From Myxococcota bacterium (lineage in GTDB: Bacteria > Myxococcota_A > Polyangia > Nannocystales > Nannocystaceae), in NCBI GenBank assembly GCA_039194325.1, contig JBCCWC010000014.1, forward strand, positions 1 through 64,000: a stretch of DNA of 64,000 bases, written 5' to 3'. Position 1 is the first letter of the stretch. Every line of letters starts with the position of its first letter. The notes under the pieces were generated by a model. The model was not told where the DNA came from. It did no database searches and saw only the letters and a list, made by a program, of their open reading frames with translations. The position numbers and the translations under genes were made by a program. Shown here piece after piece: positions 32,302-42,107 of the stretch.

Positions 32302-33952
32302 AAAGAGCCTCCTTGAAGGGCTTGGGACCCACCCGTCGATAGTAGTCGATGAAGCGCTCTTCGGCGCCCTCGCGGCCCTTGAGATAGACCTCGAGCACCG
32401 TCTGTACCGCGTCGACTACCTGCTCGCGAGTGAACGCGCGACCCACGATCTTGCCGATCGAGGCGTCGTCGCTCGGGGAGCCCCCCAAAAGCAGCTGGTA
32501 GGCCTCTTGGTCGATCTTGTCGATCCCGAGGATCCCGATGTTGCCCACGTGGTGGTGCCCGCACGCGTTGATGCAGCCCGAGATCTTCAGCGACATCTCG
32601 CCCAGATCGGACAGGTAGTCCAGCTTGTCGAAGCGCTCGCCTAGCTCGATCGCCAGCGGGATCGAGCGCGCGTTGGCCAGGTTGCAAAAGTCCAGCCCCG
32701 GGCAGCAGATGCTGTCGGTCAGCGTGCCCGCGTTGGGGGTGGCCAGCTCGTGCTCCTCGAGCCGGTCGCGCAGCTGTTCGAGCCGGGCCTGCTCCACGTC
32801 GGGGAACACCAGGTTCTGCCCGTGGGTGACCACGATCTGGCCAAAGCTGAACTCCTCGGCCAGCTGCGCCAGCACGTCCATCTGCGTGTCGCTGGCGTCA
32901 CCCGGGGGTCGGCCCGGGGCCTTGAGCGAGACCATCACCGCACAGTAGCCCGGCTGGCGGTGAGGGAAGACGTTGTTGCGCACGAAGTGCCGCAGCCGGG
33001 CATCGCCTCCCAGCCCCTGGGCCAGCACGCTCAGATCCCGGGCCGGCAGCTCGCGGTAGGGGGGCGGCGCGAAGTGGGCCTTGATCCGATCGATCTCTTC
33101 ACGGAGCAGCTTGAGCTCGCTGTTGCGCAGGTGGGCCCACTCGGCCTCCACCTGGGCCCGGTACTCGTCGATGCCCAGCGAGGCCACCAGGATCTTGATC
33201 CGTGCCTTGTACTTGTTGTCGCGTCGCCCGTAGCGGTTGTAGACGCGGAGCATCGCCTCGAGGTAGGTCAGCAGATCTTCGTAGGGAAGGAACGGACGGA
33301 CCACCTTGGCGATGTGCGGGGTGCGGCCCAGGCCGCCGCCCACCAGCATCTCGAAGCCTCGCTCGCCCTTCTCGTTGTCGACGATCCGGATCCCGATGTC
33401 GTGGAAGCGCACCGCGGCGCGATCGTGGCCCGGGGTTCCGGTGACCGCGATCTTGAACTTACGCGGCAGGAAGGCGAACTCGGGGTGGAAGGTGGACCAC
33501 TGCCGGATCAGCTCGCAGTAGGGGCGCGGATCCTCCAGCTCGTCGGGGGCGATCCCCGCAAAGTGGTCGGACGTGGTGTTGCGGATGCAGTTGCCGCTGG
33601 TCTGGATCGCGTGCATCTGCACGCTGGCCAGGTCGTCGAGGATGTCGGGGACGTCTTGTAGCTTGAGCCAGTTGTACTGGATGTTCTGGCGGGTGCTGAA
33701 GTGCCCGTAGCCCTTGTCGTACTTGCGGGCGATGTGGGCCAGCTGGCGCAGCTGCTTGGACGACAGCAACCCGTAGGGGATCGCCACGCGCATCATGTAC
33801 GCGTGCAGCTGCATGTAGAGCCCATTTTGCAGGCGCAGCGGCTTGAACTCGTCCTCGGTGATCGAGCCCTCGAGGCGGCGGAGCACCTGCCCGCGGAACT
33901 GAGCGGCGCGCTCGTCTACAATGCGCTGATCTTCGGCGTCGTATTGGTACAT
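32288..33952 (-). CDS. cysI: Nitrite/sulfite reductase hemoprotein (siroheme, 4Fe-4S)
   Basis: MYQYD start, LQNGLYMQ, TRQNIQ, LPRKFKIA, CPGLDFCNLA and SGCINACGHH Cys ligands; flanked by DUF2849 and DUF934. Confidence 0.92.
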   Translation of the reverse strand: MYQYDAEDQRIVDERAAQFRGQVLRRLEGSITEDEFKPLRLQNGLYMQLHAYMMRVAIPYGLLSSKQLRQLAHIARKYDKGYGHFSTRQNIQYNWLKLQDVPDILDDLASVQMHAIQTSGNCIRNTTSDHFAGIAPDELEDPRPYCELIRQWSTFHPEFAFLPRKFKIAVTGTPGHDRAAVRFHDIGIRIVDNEKGERGFEMLVGGGLGRTPHIAKVVRPFLPYEDLLTYLEAMLRVYNRYGRRDNKYKARIKILVASLGIDEYRAQVEAEWAHLRNSELKLLREEIDRIKAHFAPPPYRELPARDLSVLAQGLGGDARLRHFVRNNVFPHRQPGYCAVMVSLKAPGRPPGDASDTQMDVLAQLAEEFSFGQIVVTHGQNLVFPDVEQARLEQLRDRLEEHELATPNAGTLTDSICCPGLDFCNLANARSIPLAIELGERFDKLDYLSDLGEMSLKISGCINACGHHHVGNIGILGIDKIDQEAYQLLLGGSPSDDASIGKIVGRAFTREQVVDAVQTVLEVYLKGREGAEERFIDYYRRVGPKPFKEALYGDH

Positions 33953-34014
33953 CGGTGAGCCCCGGGGGGTGAGTGCGGGGGAGTTGGATGCGGTAGGTGA
34001 GTGCGACTCGAAGC

Positions 34015-34353
34015 TCAGGCGGTCATGCGGGAGATCGCCACCGGATCGGGACGACGCAACGGCGTCGTGGGCCCCGTGCCTCGGATCTGTTCGCGGGTGT
34101 TGGTGGCGCGGGGGCCCTCGGGGCCGAGCACCACGCGGAACGCATAGGGATCGCAGACATGCCGCTCTTGCTCGCGGGCCTTCGCGAGTGCCGCGTCGCG
34201 CTCGGTCTCGCTGACCATCGGCTCGGCCTCCAACAGCCGGGTTGCCCATGTGCCGTCGCTGCGCAGGTAGACCGCTGCGCCTTCGTCGGTGGTGTTGGCG
34301 GTGACCACGAAGTGAGTGCCTTTGGAGCGTGCCACGAGGAAACTCTGGCTCAA
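34015..34353 (-). CDS. DUF2849 domain-containing protein
   Basis: VVTANTTDEGAAVYL..GTW..VCDPY..REQIRGTGPT; usual position upstream of cysI; TTG start uncertain. Confidence 0.8.
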   Translation of the reverse strand: MSQSFLVARSKGTHFVVTANTTDEGAAVYLRSDGTWATRLLEAEPMVSETERDAALAKAREQERHVCDPYAFRVVLGPEGPRATNTREQIRGTGPTTPLRRPDPVAISRMTA

Positions 34354-34679
34354 TATGGGGGAACTTTCAAATGCTCAAACGCAACGGGAAAAAACGGCGG
34401 AGGGCAGGGGTTTGATCATGCAGATTGAACATGAAAACGATGTTTATTGGGTGTAAGGGGACAAGATTCAAATATACTGTTTTTTATGAATGAATATTGA
34501 TCAATGCCTGCGCGTGACGCGTTCGGGCTTGATCTTCAGTATTTTACTGTAAGTTATGGTTGATGGGCCGCCTAGCGGTCGCGATCAGGAGCCTCGCTCG
34601 CCGGACAGTAGCAACCGCGGCGAGTCGATGGTCCGGACCGTGGGTAGCGGCGCGGATCGTCAGGGAGGGAGGCATCGCC

Positions 34680-34969
34680 TCAGCCCCGATACATCGTGGA
34701 GCGAACCACACCAAGGAGCGATCGCCTGGTGAGGCTGGCCAGTCGCCGGCCCAGGCGTTGCGATCGAGTGATCGTGGGTTGCTCGAGGCGGACCGTGCCT
34801 CCCACCTGCACCATCATCCCGGGCTGGATCACTCCGGCATAGACGCCGAGGTGGCCCGCATGACCATCGAGCAGCGCAGCGTGCGAACTTCGACGCGGAC
34901 GCGGAGCCCATGGTCCCCGATCGCGAGCACGCCACCTCCGATCCACGCGTGCGCGGGGAAGTCCTCTTG
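34680..34969 (-). pseudogene. MOSC-domain gene remnant (frameshift and internal deletion)
   Basis: QEDFPAHAWIGGGVLAIGDHGLRVRVEVRTLRCSMV in one frame, then HLGVYAGVIQPGMMVQVGGTVRL in another; no N-terminus. Confidence 0.6.
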
Positions 34970-35063
34970 GGTTGGGGTGGAGTGGGGTGGAGTGGGGCTC
35001 GAGCCCCAGCATGGTGTGAGCCTGCCGGGAGCCGACTCGTCCGGCGTGTCGTGACCATCAGTC

Positions 35064-35229
35064 CTAGTGCCTCGTGCCGGAAGTTCGTGCCGGGTTGGGC
35101 ACGGCACTGCACCACGAGGGCTGCGTTGCTCGTCAGTTACATATGCCCGATATGCGCCCTCCTCGCGCCTTGCCCTCGCGGCGCAGCTCCGCACCCAACC
35201 CGGCACGAACTTCCGGCACGAGGCACTAG
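35064..35229. mobile_element. MITE-like element (166 bp) with 36-bp perfect terminal inverted repeats bounded by CTAG
   Basis: CTAGTGCCTCGTGCCGGAAGTTCGTGCCGGGTTGGG at 35064-35099 and its exact reverse complement at 35194-35229; no transposase. Confidence 0.8.
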
Positions 35230-35367
35230 TGCCTCGCGACGTTGGTCGCTGCACTACGCATGAAGCATCGGTGAGGGCCAGGGCCGAGCCCGAGTTCATG
35301 GAGCAGGCTTGTGGCGCTCAAATGCCGATACGGAGTATGCTCCTGCTTGATGAGAGAGCGACTCTCC

Positions 35368-36687
35368 ATGGCCGAGCTTACCGAGCGGTTCGACCCGGCT
35401 CCGCTCGTGCCTCCGAGCTTACTCGATGAGCGAGAGCGTGATCTGAAGCGGCTCGGGATGCCGGTTCCGGTGGTGTACCAGCCCGCGATTCGGTGGGAGT
35501 ACCGGGTGGACTACCTCGGTATGGTAGCCGCTGGAGCCGACGATCCTCACCGTCGATTGCGGCACCAACTCTTGCGCGGGGCCTCCAGCACCAAGTACTT
35601 CGTGAGCGGGAGCCGAGGGGCTGGCAAGTCGACGGTGATCAACGGCATCCGCGTCGATCCCGAGATCCGGGAGCGCTATGTAATCATAGGATTTTCGGTG
35701 CATGACTACCTCAATCTCGATGATGCCAGCGCCGATCAGCTGATCGCTGTGTTGATCGCTCTGGTGGTCGAGGCGGTCCAGTCGTACGAGGGGTTGGCCA
35801 AGGCCGGGCTTCCTGAGGTCAAGGAAGCCCTGGCCGAGCTACGCACGCTGCTGCGTGAGGCCATGCCCCACGTTCGACTCGATAGCGTAGATGTCAAGCT
35901 CTTCGGCCTAGCGGCGGCCAAGTTCAAGGATTCTGGCGGGATTCGTACGACCTTCCGACAATACATGGGACGCAACCCCACTGCGGTCCTGGACCTGCTC
36001 GACCGCCTGCTCGACGTCTTGCAGCGCGCCGCGGACAAGGAGGTCCTCATCGTCATCGATGACCTCGACAAGGTGGCCGACTCCAAGGCGCAGAGCGATT
36101 TCTTCTCCACCAAGCTGACTCAGCTCCTGCGGCCGAGGTGTCGGGCCATCTATACCTACCCGATGGAGCTCGAGCGCAACCCCGACTACAGCAGCCTCAA
36201 GGCCCAGAAGAAATTCGTCTTTCGCAACGTAAAGCTCATCGTCGGTGTCGATGACGACACGCTCCGGCCCGATGGCACTCGGGTCCTGTCCAAATTCATC
36301 GAGCATAGGCTCGACGGACCGATCGAGCGTTACATCGAGCCCTCGCTCCTACCGCAGATGTATAGGTATTCCAGCGGGAACTTTCGCGAACTTGCCCGTA
36401 TCGTCGGGTTGGGGTTCGAGAGTGCCGACATCCTGGAGCGAGATCGTCTAGACGACGAATGTCTCCGATCGGCGCTCAAGATCCTCCGGAGGGACTATGC
36501 GTCGTTCATGCTCAGCTACCGGGGCGTGCTCGAGGCGGTCGCCAACCGGGAGAGTTTAGACATCGAACCGAGGGTGCTAGGCCCGCTCATCCAGTCGCTC
36601 GCACTGGTCGAGTTTCCCAACGATCCCGGATGGCTCGGCGTTCATCCGATTATCGTGGATTTACTCGCCTCTCGCACGTCGAGCTGA
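35368..36687 (+). CDS. P-loop ATPase (STAND/AAA-like)
   Basis: Walker A GSRGAGKS, Walker B VLIVIDDLDK, SSGNFRELARIV, terminal WLGVHPII; ATG 35368. Confidence 0.85.
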   Translation: MAELTERFDPAPLVPPSLLDERERDLKRLGMPVPVVYQPAIRWEYRVDYLGMVAAGADDPHRRLRHQLLRGASSTKYFVSGSRGAGKSTVINGIRVDPEIRERYVIIGFSVHDYLNLDDASADQLIAVLIALVVEAVQSYEGLAKAGLPEVKEALAELRTLLREAMPHVRLDSVDVKLFGLAAAKFKDSGGIRTTFRQYMGRNPTAVLDLLDRLLDVLQRAADKEVLIVIDDLDKVADSKAQSDFFSTKLTQLLRPRCRAIYTYPMELERNPDYSSLKAQKKFVFRNVKLIVGVDDDTLRPDGTRVLSKFIEHRLDGPIERYIEPSLLPQMYRYSSGNFRELARIVGLGFESADILERDRLDDECLRSALKILRRDYASFMLSYRGVLEAVANRESLDIEPRVLGPLIQSLALVEFPNDPGWLGVHPIIVDLLASRTSS

Positions 36688-36699
36688 AGACCGCAGCCG

Positions 36700-39600
36700 A
36701 TGTCATCGCTGCGTCAGCTCACCGAGTTGCTCTCGCTGGCCCGCGTACTCGGGCGCAGTCGCGGCGGCATCCACATCGTCGTGGGGGGCGCTCCAGGGGA
36801 TTGGATCATCGAGAAACTGCGCGCTCGCGTGCTGTCGGGGCTAGAGCTGGTACTCATCGACGGCCTCGAAGCCCTGGGGCCTGTTCGTGTGCCAGGGCAC
36901 ATATTGGTGGTGCGGCTGAGTTCTCCGGCGACCGAGGGGCGTTCGATCGCCAGGGCGCTCAACCTCCATCGCGAAGAGCTCGTGGGGGATAGGTTGCACA
37001 CCATACTGTTGCTGCCAGACGAAGAGGCGCACGTGGAACTGCAGGAGGTCGCGCCAGATCTGTGGTCCTTTCGCCATCGCAGCTATTCGCTGGCCGATGA
37101 ACCGATGGAGCTCGAGCGAGATCGTGAGCGTCGAGATCGGCTCGCAGCGGTGCTCGTGGAGCGGGTGTGTGCCGTATCTGGGGCTCCTCACGGCGTGAGC
37201 ACGGCGCTCGTCGACGAGATCATGGCCCGGGTGGGCGCCGAAGCCCTGTGGGAGCACTTGGGGCTTTGGCGTGACGACGGGCAGCAACTCGGGCGCTTGG
37301 ATCCATTGGTGCACTACCTGTGCACGGACGAAGTATCTTTGCCCACCGGGCTCGGTGAGTGGCAGGAGGAACTGGATAGACTACGAAATCGTTTCCGCGT
37401 GGGTATGTCAGAGGGTCGTGCGTCGATCGAGCTGCCGTCACCAGACTGGAGTGCCGAGCCCGCGCCCGGGGGCGATGAGGCCATTGCGGCGGTGGTGATG
37501 GTTCTCGACCGGGTCGGAGTCGCGTGGATCACCGGGGGAACGTCGGGGGCGGCTGCCGCGCTGGCCTCGGGTGCGGGCTTGGTGTTGCATGGTGGCTACG
37601 ACGTCGTGATCACGCTCGATGGGCGCGGCGGGCTCGAGGCCACCGTCGATGGTTGGCTCGCGGCGGCTGAGAGCTCCACGCGGAGCACGACGCTGCGGCA
37701 GCACCTCGAGCAGGTCGGAGCAATAACGGGCTCGCGCGAGGTGTTGTTCATCATTCGAGAGGCCGAGTTGGAGGACGTCGACACACTGCGGAGTGTCTTG
37801 CCCTCGGCGAAGGTGATCGCCACCTCCATGACGGTCGAGGTGAGAACGCACTGGTCTGGGGCAGAGGGGCTGGTCGTGGGTTCTCGTGCCGTTGGCCTGG
37901 CTCAGAGGCTCGGCATCGGTCCGGAGCAGCGGACGCGCCTCGACAAGATGGGCGCTCGGCTCAGATCCGTGGGTGAGTTCCTCGCGGAGGCCATCGAGCC
38001 CATCGCCAAGCTCGGTGAATCCGAACTCGTCAGGATCGTCAGTGAAGGCAGTCGGTGGACGGCGGCGGTCGCCGTTGGGATCAAGGAGGCTGTACCTTGG
38101 GCCGAATTGGTGGGGATGGTTGCGCCGCCGATCAAGCTGTTGTCGGCCATCGTCAATCATGCGACGAAGGTACCGGATCTCGAGGTGCTGGCGTACCTGG
38201 TGTGGTCGAATGCATACCAGCGGTCGGTGGCGCAGGCGGTTACGCTGCTCGCAGATCGGGCGGTTGGGTACGAGAGCTCGAAAGAACTCGGGGCGAAGGT
38301 CGAGTGGGCGCTCGGGCAGCTCGCCAAACCAGAGGAACCCACGGTCGTGGCGCCCACGCTGAAGGGAGTGCTGACGCAGCCGTTCATCCGGCATGCTGAC
38401 GAACTGCTCGACGCATATGCGAGAGCGGCTGGCTTTCGCGATGAGGAGCGGCGGGTGCTGGTACAGCAAGTTCACGAGCGCTTTCGCTGGAACCTGATGT
38501 TGACGCTCTTACACGGGGAGTTCCGAGAGAAGTTCGTGCCGCTCGTCACCTCGCTCGACCTCGGTGAGGGAGAGGAACTGCAGGCGAGGGACATACTCCA
38601 GCGCCACGCGGACTACCATCGGGCGCTGTTCGAGGAGGCGCGGGTACTGCGTCAGGAGCCCTTCTCGCTGGCGCATGTGTATGTGCCCAGTGATTGCGGT
38701 GTGCTCACGTGGGGGGAGTGTCGCGATCGTAAGCTCGATCCCTTTGGAGAATCTGGCGGGCATAGGCCGCTGCTCGACGAGGTGCTGAGGCGGATACAGG
38801 ATCCCGACTTCAAGGATGTGATAATCATCCAGGGCGTCGCTGGATCAGGTAAGTCGACGTTTACGCTATGCCTTTGTGCCGAGCTCATTCGTGCTGGGTT
38901 GCTGCCCATTCGGGTGCGGCTGCGAGACATTGATCTTCACCAGCACGCCGAGCATGCGATCCCGGCTCAGGTACTGTACGAGGATGATGACGGGCAGGAG
39001 CGCCGAGCAAGGGAGCCCGAGCGACTGTTCCGTGGCCTCGATCTATTCGATGAGTCAGCGACGGTCTCCTTTGGCGAGGCCATGATCTGCCCGTATGTGC
39101 TCATCCTTGATGGGTGGGACGAGCTGGAGACTACGGGAGATCAGCGACTACGAGAGCGGATCCCTCGCTTCATCGAGGAAGTACGTGAGAGTTTCATTCG
39201 ACAGCGACGCACCCTCGTGCGGGTGGTGCTGACGGGGCGTCCCTGGTCAGAGGTGACTCGATCTGACGCTGGGTTTCTCGGTGCCGACACGCCGATCCTC
39301 ACGATTCGACCTTGGGACCCGGATCAACTCGGTCAGTTCTTCACCAAGGTGGGGCATTGCGTCGACGTCGCGCCGCTGGGGTGGCCGGAAGGGGTGCCAC
39401 GCTGGTGGGTGGTGGATGCCCAGAAGCTCACGCAGGCGAAGGCGCAGTACACGATGAGCCGAGCGCGGGCTCGGGAGAGTGAGCGAACGGCCGATTCCCG
39501 GGCTGCATTGGAGATACTGGGATCACCCCTGCTCGCTCACCTCACAGTGCGGCTCCTCAGTCGCGGGGGAGATGATGTCGATGTCCTTCTGTCGGATGCT

Positions 39601-41232
39601 ACACAACTCTATCGTCGGCTTGTCGATCAAACCTGCTATGACGGTGGCCGGGCGCCCTCCGCGGCAGGGAAGGTGAAGCATGATCCGGCGTTCAACGGCG
39701 CCCGGCTACGTACACTACTGCACATTACGGCAATGGCGATGACTATCGAGGAGCGCGAACGCATCTCCTACGAGGTATTGGCGCAGCGGATTCGAGACCT
39801 TCAAGAACTACACCCATTCGAGGATGAAGAGCTCTCGCGCCTAGTTGGCAGGGCTACTGACGAGTTCCCCGTGGCGGAGCTGCTCATTGCATTCTTCTTC
39901 AAGGGGGGACGTCGGGATCTCGGCTGTGAATTCGCCCATAAGTCCTTTCGAGAGTACCTATTTGCCGAAGCGCTGGTCGAGGTGCTCAAGACTGCGGCCG
40001 AGGAGCTTTCCGCTCGGAGCCGGAAGAGGACCGAGTGGTGGGTGGATTTCTCGGAGCATGACCCCCGATATCGATTCATTCGCAGGCTTGGTCCTGCTCT
40101 GGCTGCGCAGTGGATGACCCCCGACGTTGTTGCGCATGTAGAGTCGCTGTTGCAATGGGAGATGAGCCGAGCGGACGATCGGGTAGGCGAGGCAAGGTGT
40201 GAGGTTATCGTGCCTTCTGTCTCCATCGAGGGGTGGTCTCGTATTCGAGATGCGCTGGCCGATCTCTGGGAGTGGTGGGCCGAGGGGATTCATCTCCGCT
40301 CCTTGGTCAAGAAGGGGAGGAGGGGAGACCTGGAAGAAGCGATTCCCTACGCAGTCGAGCTCGCGCGATGGATCTATCCGGCGGACTGGCGCACGCAGAA
40401 GCAGCTACCCGCACCGGTGCGTACCGTCACGATCGATGCCCACCTTGGAGATGCGCTCTGCCGTCTTGCTGCGTGGGTCCATGCGTTCGTTGCACACGTG
40501 CGAGGTGTACCTGGCACGCGCGGGCCATGGAAGCAGGTCGAGTCCCATAATGGCTATCAGTGCAGGTTCGAGGCTGGTGGAGTCGCGTGGACGCGGTTTC
40601 GCCCCGGAGGGGGGCAGCGTGGGTATCTGCAGAACTTCATTGGACGAATCAATGGTGCTGGCTGGCGTCATCGGGGGCGGTTTCCTTCGCACGTAGACCT
40701 AGGTGACGTGGACGCTCGCGGTGTGGATCTCAGTGGTGCAAACCTGGGTCGCGCGTATCTTGAGCGTGCGGATCTTAGTCATGCGAGACTTAGTGGCGCG
40801 GACCTCAGGAACGTGGGCCTTGGTCATGCAGACCTTGGTCATGCGGATCTTAGTCATGCGAACCTGATTGATGCCAACCTAGGTGGTGCGGACCTCAGTG
40901 GTGCCAATCTTAGTAGCGCGGACCTTCGTGGTGCGAACCTCAGCGGCGCGAACCTCAGTAATGCGCACCTTCGTGGTGCCGATCTCATTTACGCGGATCT
41001 CATCGGTGCGAACCTCAACGGCGCGGATCTCATCGGTGCGGACCTCATTGGGGCGCACCTCAGCGGTGCAGATCTCAGCGGTGCGCACCTTAGCGGCGCG
41101 GATCTCAGTGGTGCGCACCTTAGCGGCGTAACCGGTCTCGTGACCAAGCAAATAGCGAACTGTCGGGGTGTCGATGATGCGATATTGGATGAATCTCTAC
41201 ACAAAGCTATCCGCGAGATGATCGGGAATTGA
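36700..41232 (+). CDS. Multidomain NACHT NTPase with C-terminal pentapeptide repeats (1510 aa)
   Basis: Walker A GVAGSGKS (38833-38856), LILDGWDEL, VVLTGRP, GSPLL, FAHKSFREYLFAE; many A(D/N/H)Lxx pentapeptides at about 40715-41130; starts 12 bp after ATPase. Confidence 0.88.
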   Translation: MSSLRQLTELLSLARVLGRSRGGIHIVVGGAPGDWIIEKLRARVLSGLELVLIDGLEALGPVRVPGHILVVRLSSPATEGRSIARALNLHREELVGDRLHTILLLPDEEAHVELQEVAPDLWSFRHRSYSLADEPMELERDRERRDRLAAVLVERVCAVSGAPHGVSTALVDEIMARVGAEALWEHLGLWRDDGQQLGRLDPLVHYLCTDEVSLPTGLGEWQEELDRLRNRFRVGMSEGRASIELPSPDWSAEPAPGGDEAIAAVVMVLDRVGVAWITGGTSGAAAALASGAGLVLHGGYDVVITLDGRGGLEATVDGWLAAAESSTRSTTLRQHLEQVGAITGSREVLFIIREAELEDVDTLRSVLPSAKVIATSMTVEVRTHWSGAEGLVVGSRAVGLAQRLGIGPEQRTRLDKMGARLRSVGEFLAEAIEPIAKLGESELVRIVSEGSRWTAAVAVGIKEAVPWAELVGMVAPPIKLLSAIVNHATKVPDLEVLAYLVWSNAYQRSVAQAVTLLADRAVGYESSKELGAKVEWALGQLAKPEEPTVVAPTLKGVLTQPFIRHADELLDAYARAAGFRDEERRVLVQQVHERFRWNLMLTLLHGEFREKFVPLVTSLDLGEGEELQARDILQRHADYHRALFEEARVLRQEPFSLAHVYVPSDCGVLTWGECRDRKLDPFGESGGHRPLLDEVLRRIQDPDFKDVIIIQGVAGSGKSTFTLCLCAELIRAGLLPIRVRLRDIDLHQHAEHAIPAQVLYEDDDGQERRAREPERLFRGLDLFDESATVSFGEAMICPYVLILDGWDELETTGDQRLRERIPRFIEEVRESFIRQRRTLVRVVLTGRPWSEVTRSDAGFLGADTPILTIRPWDPDQLGQFFTKVGHCVDVAPLGWPEGVPRWWVVDAQKLTQAKAQYTMSRARARESERTADSRAALEILGSPLLAHLTVRLLSRGGDDVDVLLSDATQLYRRLVDQTCYDGGRAPSAAGKVKHDPAFNGARLRTLLHITAMAMTIEERERISYEVLAQRIRDLQELHPFEDEELSRLVGRATDEFPVAELLIAFFFKGGRRDLGCEFAHKSFREYLFAEALVEVLKTAAEELSARSRKRTEWWVDFSEHDPRYRFIRRLGPALAAQWMTPDVVAHVESLLQWEMSRADDRVGEARCEVIVPSVSIEGWSRIRDALADLWEWWAEGIHLRSLVKKGRRGDLEEAIPYAVELARWIYPADWRTQKQLPAPVRTVTIDAHLGDALCRLAAWVHAFVAHVRGVPGTRGPWKQVESHNGYQCRFEAGGVAWTRFRPGGGQRGYLQNFIGRINGAGWRHRGRFPSHVDLGDVDARGVDLSGANLGRAYLERADLSHARLSGADLRNVGLGHADLGHADLSHANLIDANLGGADLSGANLSSADLRGANLSGANLSNAHLRGADLIYADLIGANLNGADLIGADLIGAHLSGADLSGAHLSGADLSGAHLSGVTGLVTKQIANCRGVDDAILDESLHKAIREMIGN

Positions 41233-41403
41233 GCCATGAGTGACCCCATAACGGTCCCGTCGAGGAGCCCATCAGCGATCCTGCTCGGAAGCTCCGGGGA
41301 CGGGTGCCTCGAGAACGGGCGCGCCAGAAGCGGTGGGCCTGGGGTGGGGCACCCAAAGTGGTACACTTGAAGCGGTGCACCCCAGACGGCGCCGCGCCTT
41401 GAG

Positions 41404-42063
41404 GTGCGCACCATCCGGACCCTACCCATGCGCGCTGACGATCGAAGTTTCCGCAAGAACGTCGAAGACCTGCTCGCAGCCGCGGCCGAGATCTGGCCCG
41501 GTCAGGTCGGGGTGCACTCGGTGCCCGTGCTGCTCGACACCGCGTGTCGCCGCGTCACGCAGTTGCGCGCCGGGGCGCCCGAGCATCGCCGCCGGATGAA
41601 CCGCAAGCTCTTCTCGATGGGGATCCCGACCCTGGCCCTCTACCGCACCCTGCGGCAGGACGCGGGGTTCGACCAGGAGCCCGCGCTGGAGCTGCTTGAT
41701 CGCACGCTGCACCAGGTCTACGAGCGTCGCCTGGCCTCGCCGGTGCTGCGCAAGGTCGCCAGCGGGGCGTTCCGCCTGCGGGTGGTGCGGGAGGGGATCA
41801 TGCGCGCCGCCGAGAGCCTCGACGAGCCCGAGGGGTTCTCGATGCGCCGCGTGCCCAGCCCGGGGACGCTGTTGGCCTTCGACGTGGAGCGCTGCCCGCT
41901 CGCGGAGTTCTTCGCTCGGCACGGGGCGCCCGAGGTGGGGCCGCTGATCTGCAAGATCGACGACTTGGTCACCGATGCGCTGTCGGGGGTCACCCTGGAG
42001 CGCACCGGTACGATCGCCGCGGGGGCATCTCGCTGCGACTTTCGGTATCGACGCACGCCGTAG
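41404..42063 (+). CDS. L-2-amino-thiazoline-4-carboxylic acid hydrolase family protein
   Basis: FDVERCPLAEFF..PEVGPLICKID..LERTGTIAAGASRCDFRY three-Cys pattern; start may be ATG 41428. Confidence 0.8.
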   Translation: MRTIRTLPMRADDRSFRKNVEDLLAAAAEIWPGQVGVHSVPVLLDTACRRVTQLRAGAPEHRRRMNRKLFSMGIPTLALYRTLRQDAGFDQEPALELLDRTLHQVYERRLASPVLRKVASGAFRLRVVREGIMRAAESLDEPEGFSMRRVPSPGTLLAFDVERCPLAEFFARHGAPEVGPLICKIDDLVTDALSGVTLERTGTIAAGASRCDFRYRRTP

Positions 42064-42107
42064 CCCCGGCGGCGGGAGCTTGGGTCTTGCTTGGGGCTCG
42101 CTCGGCG

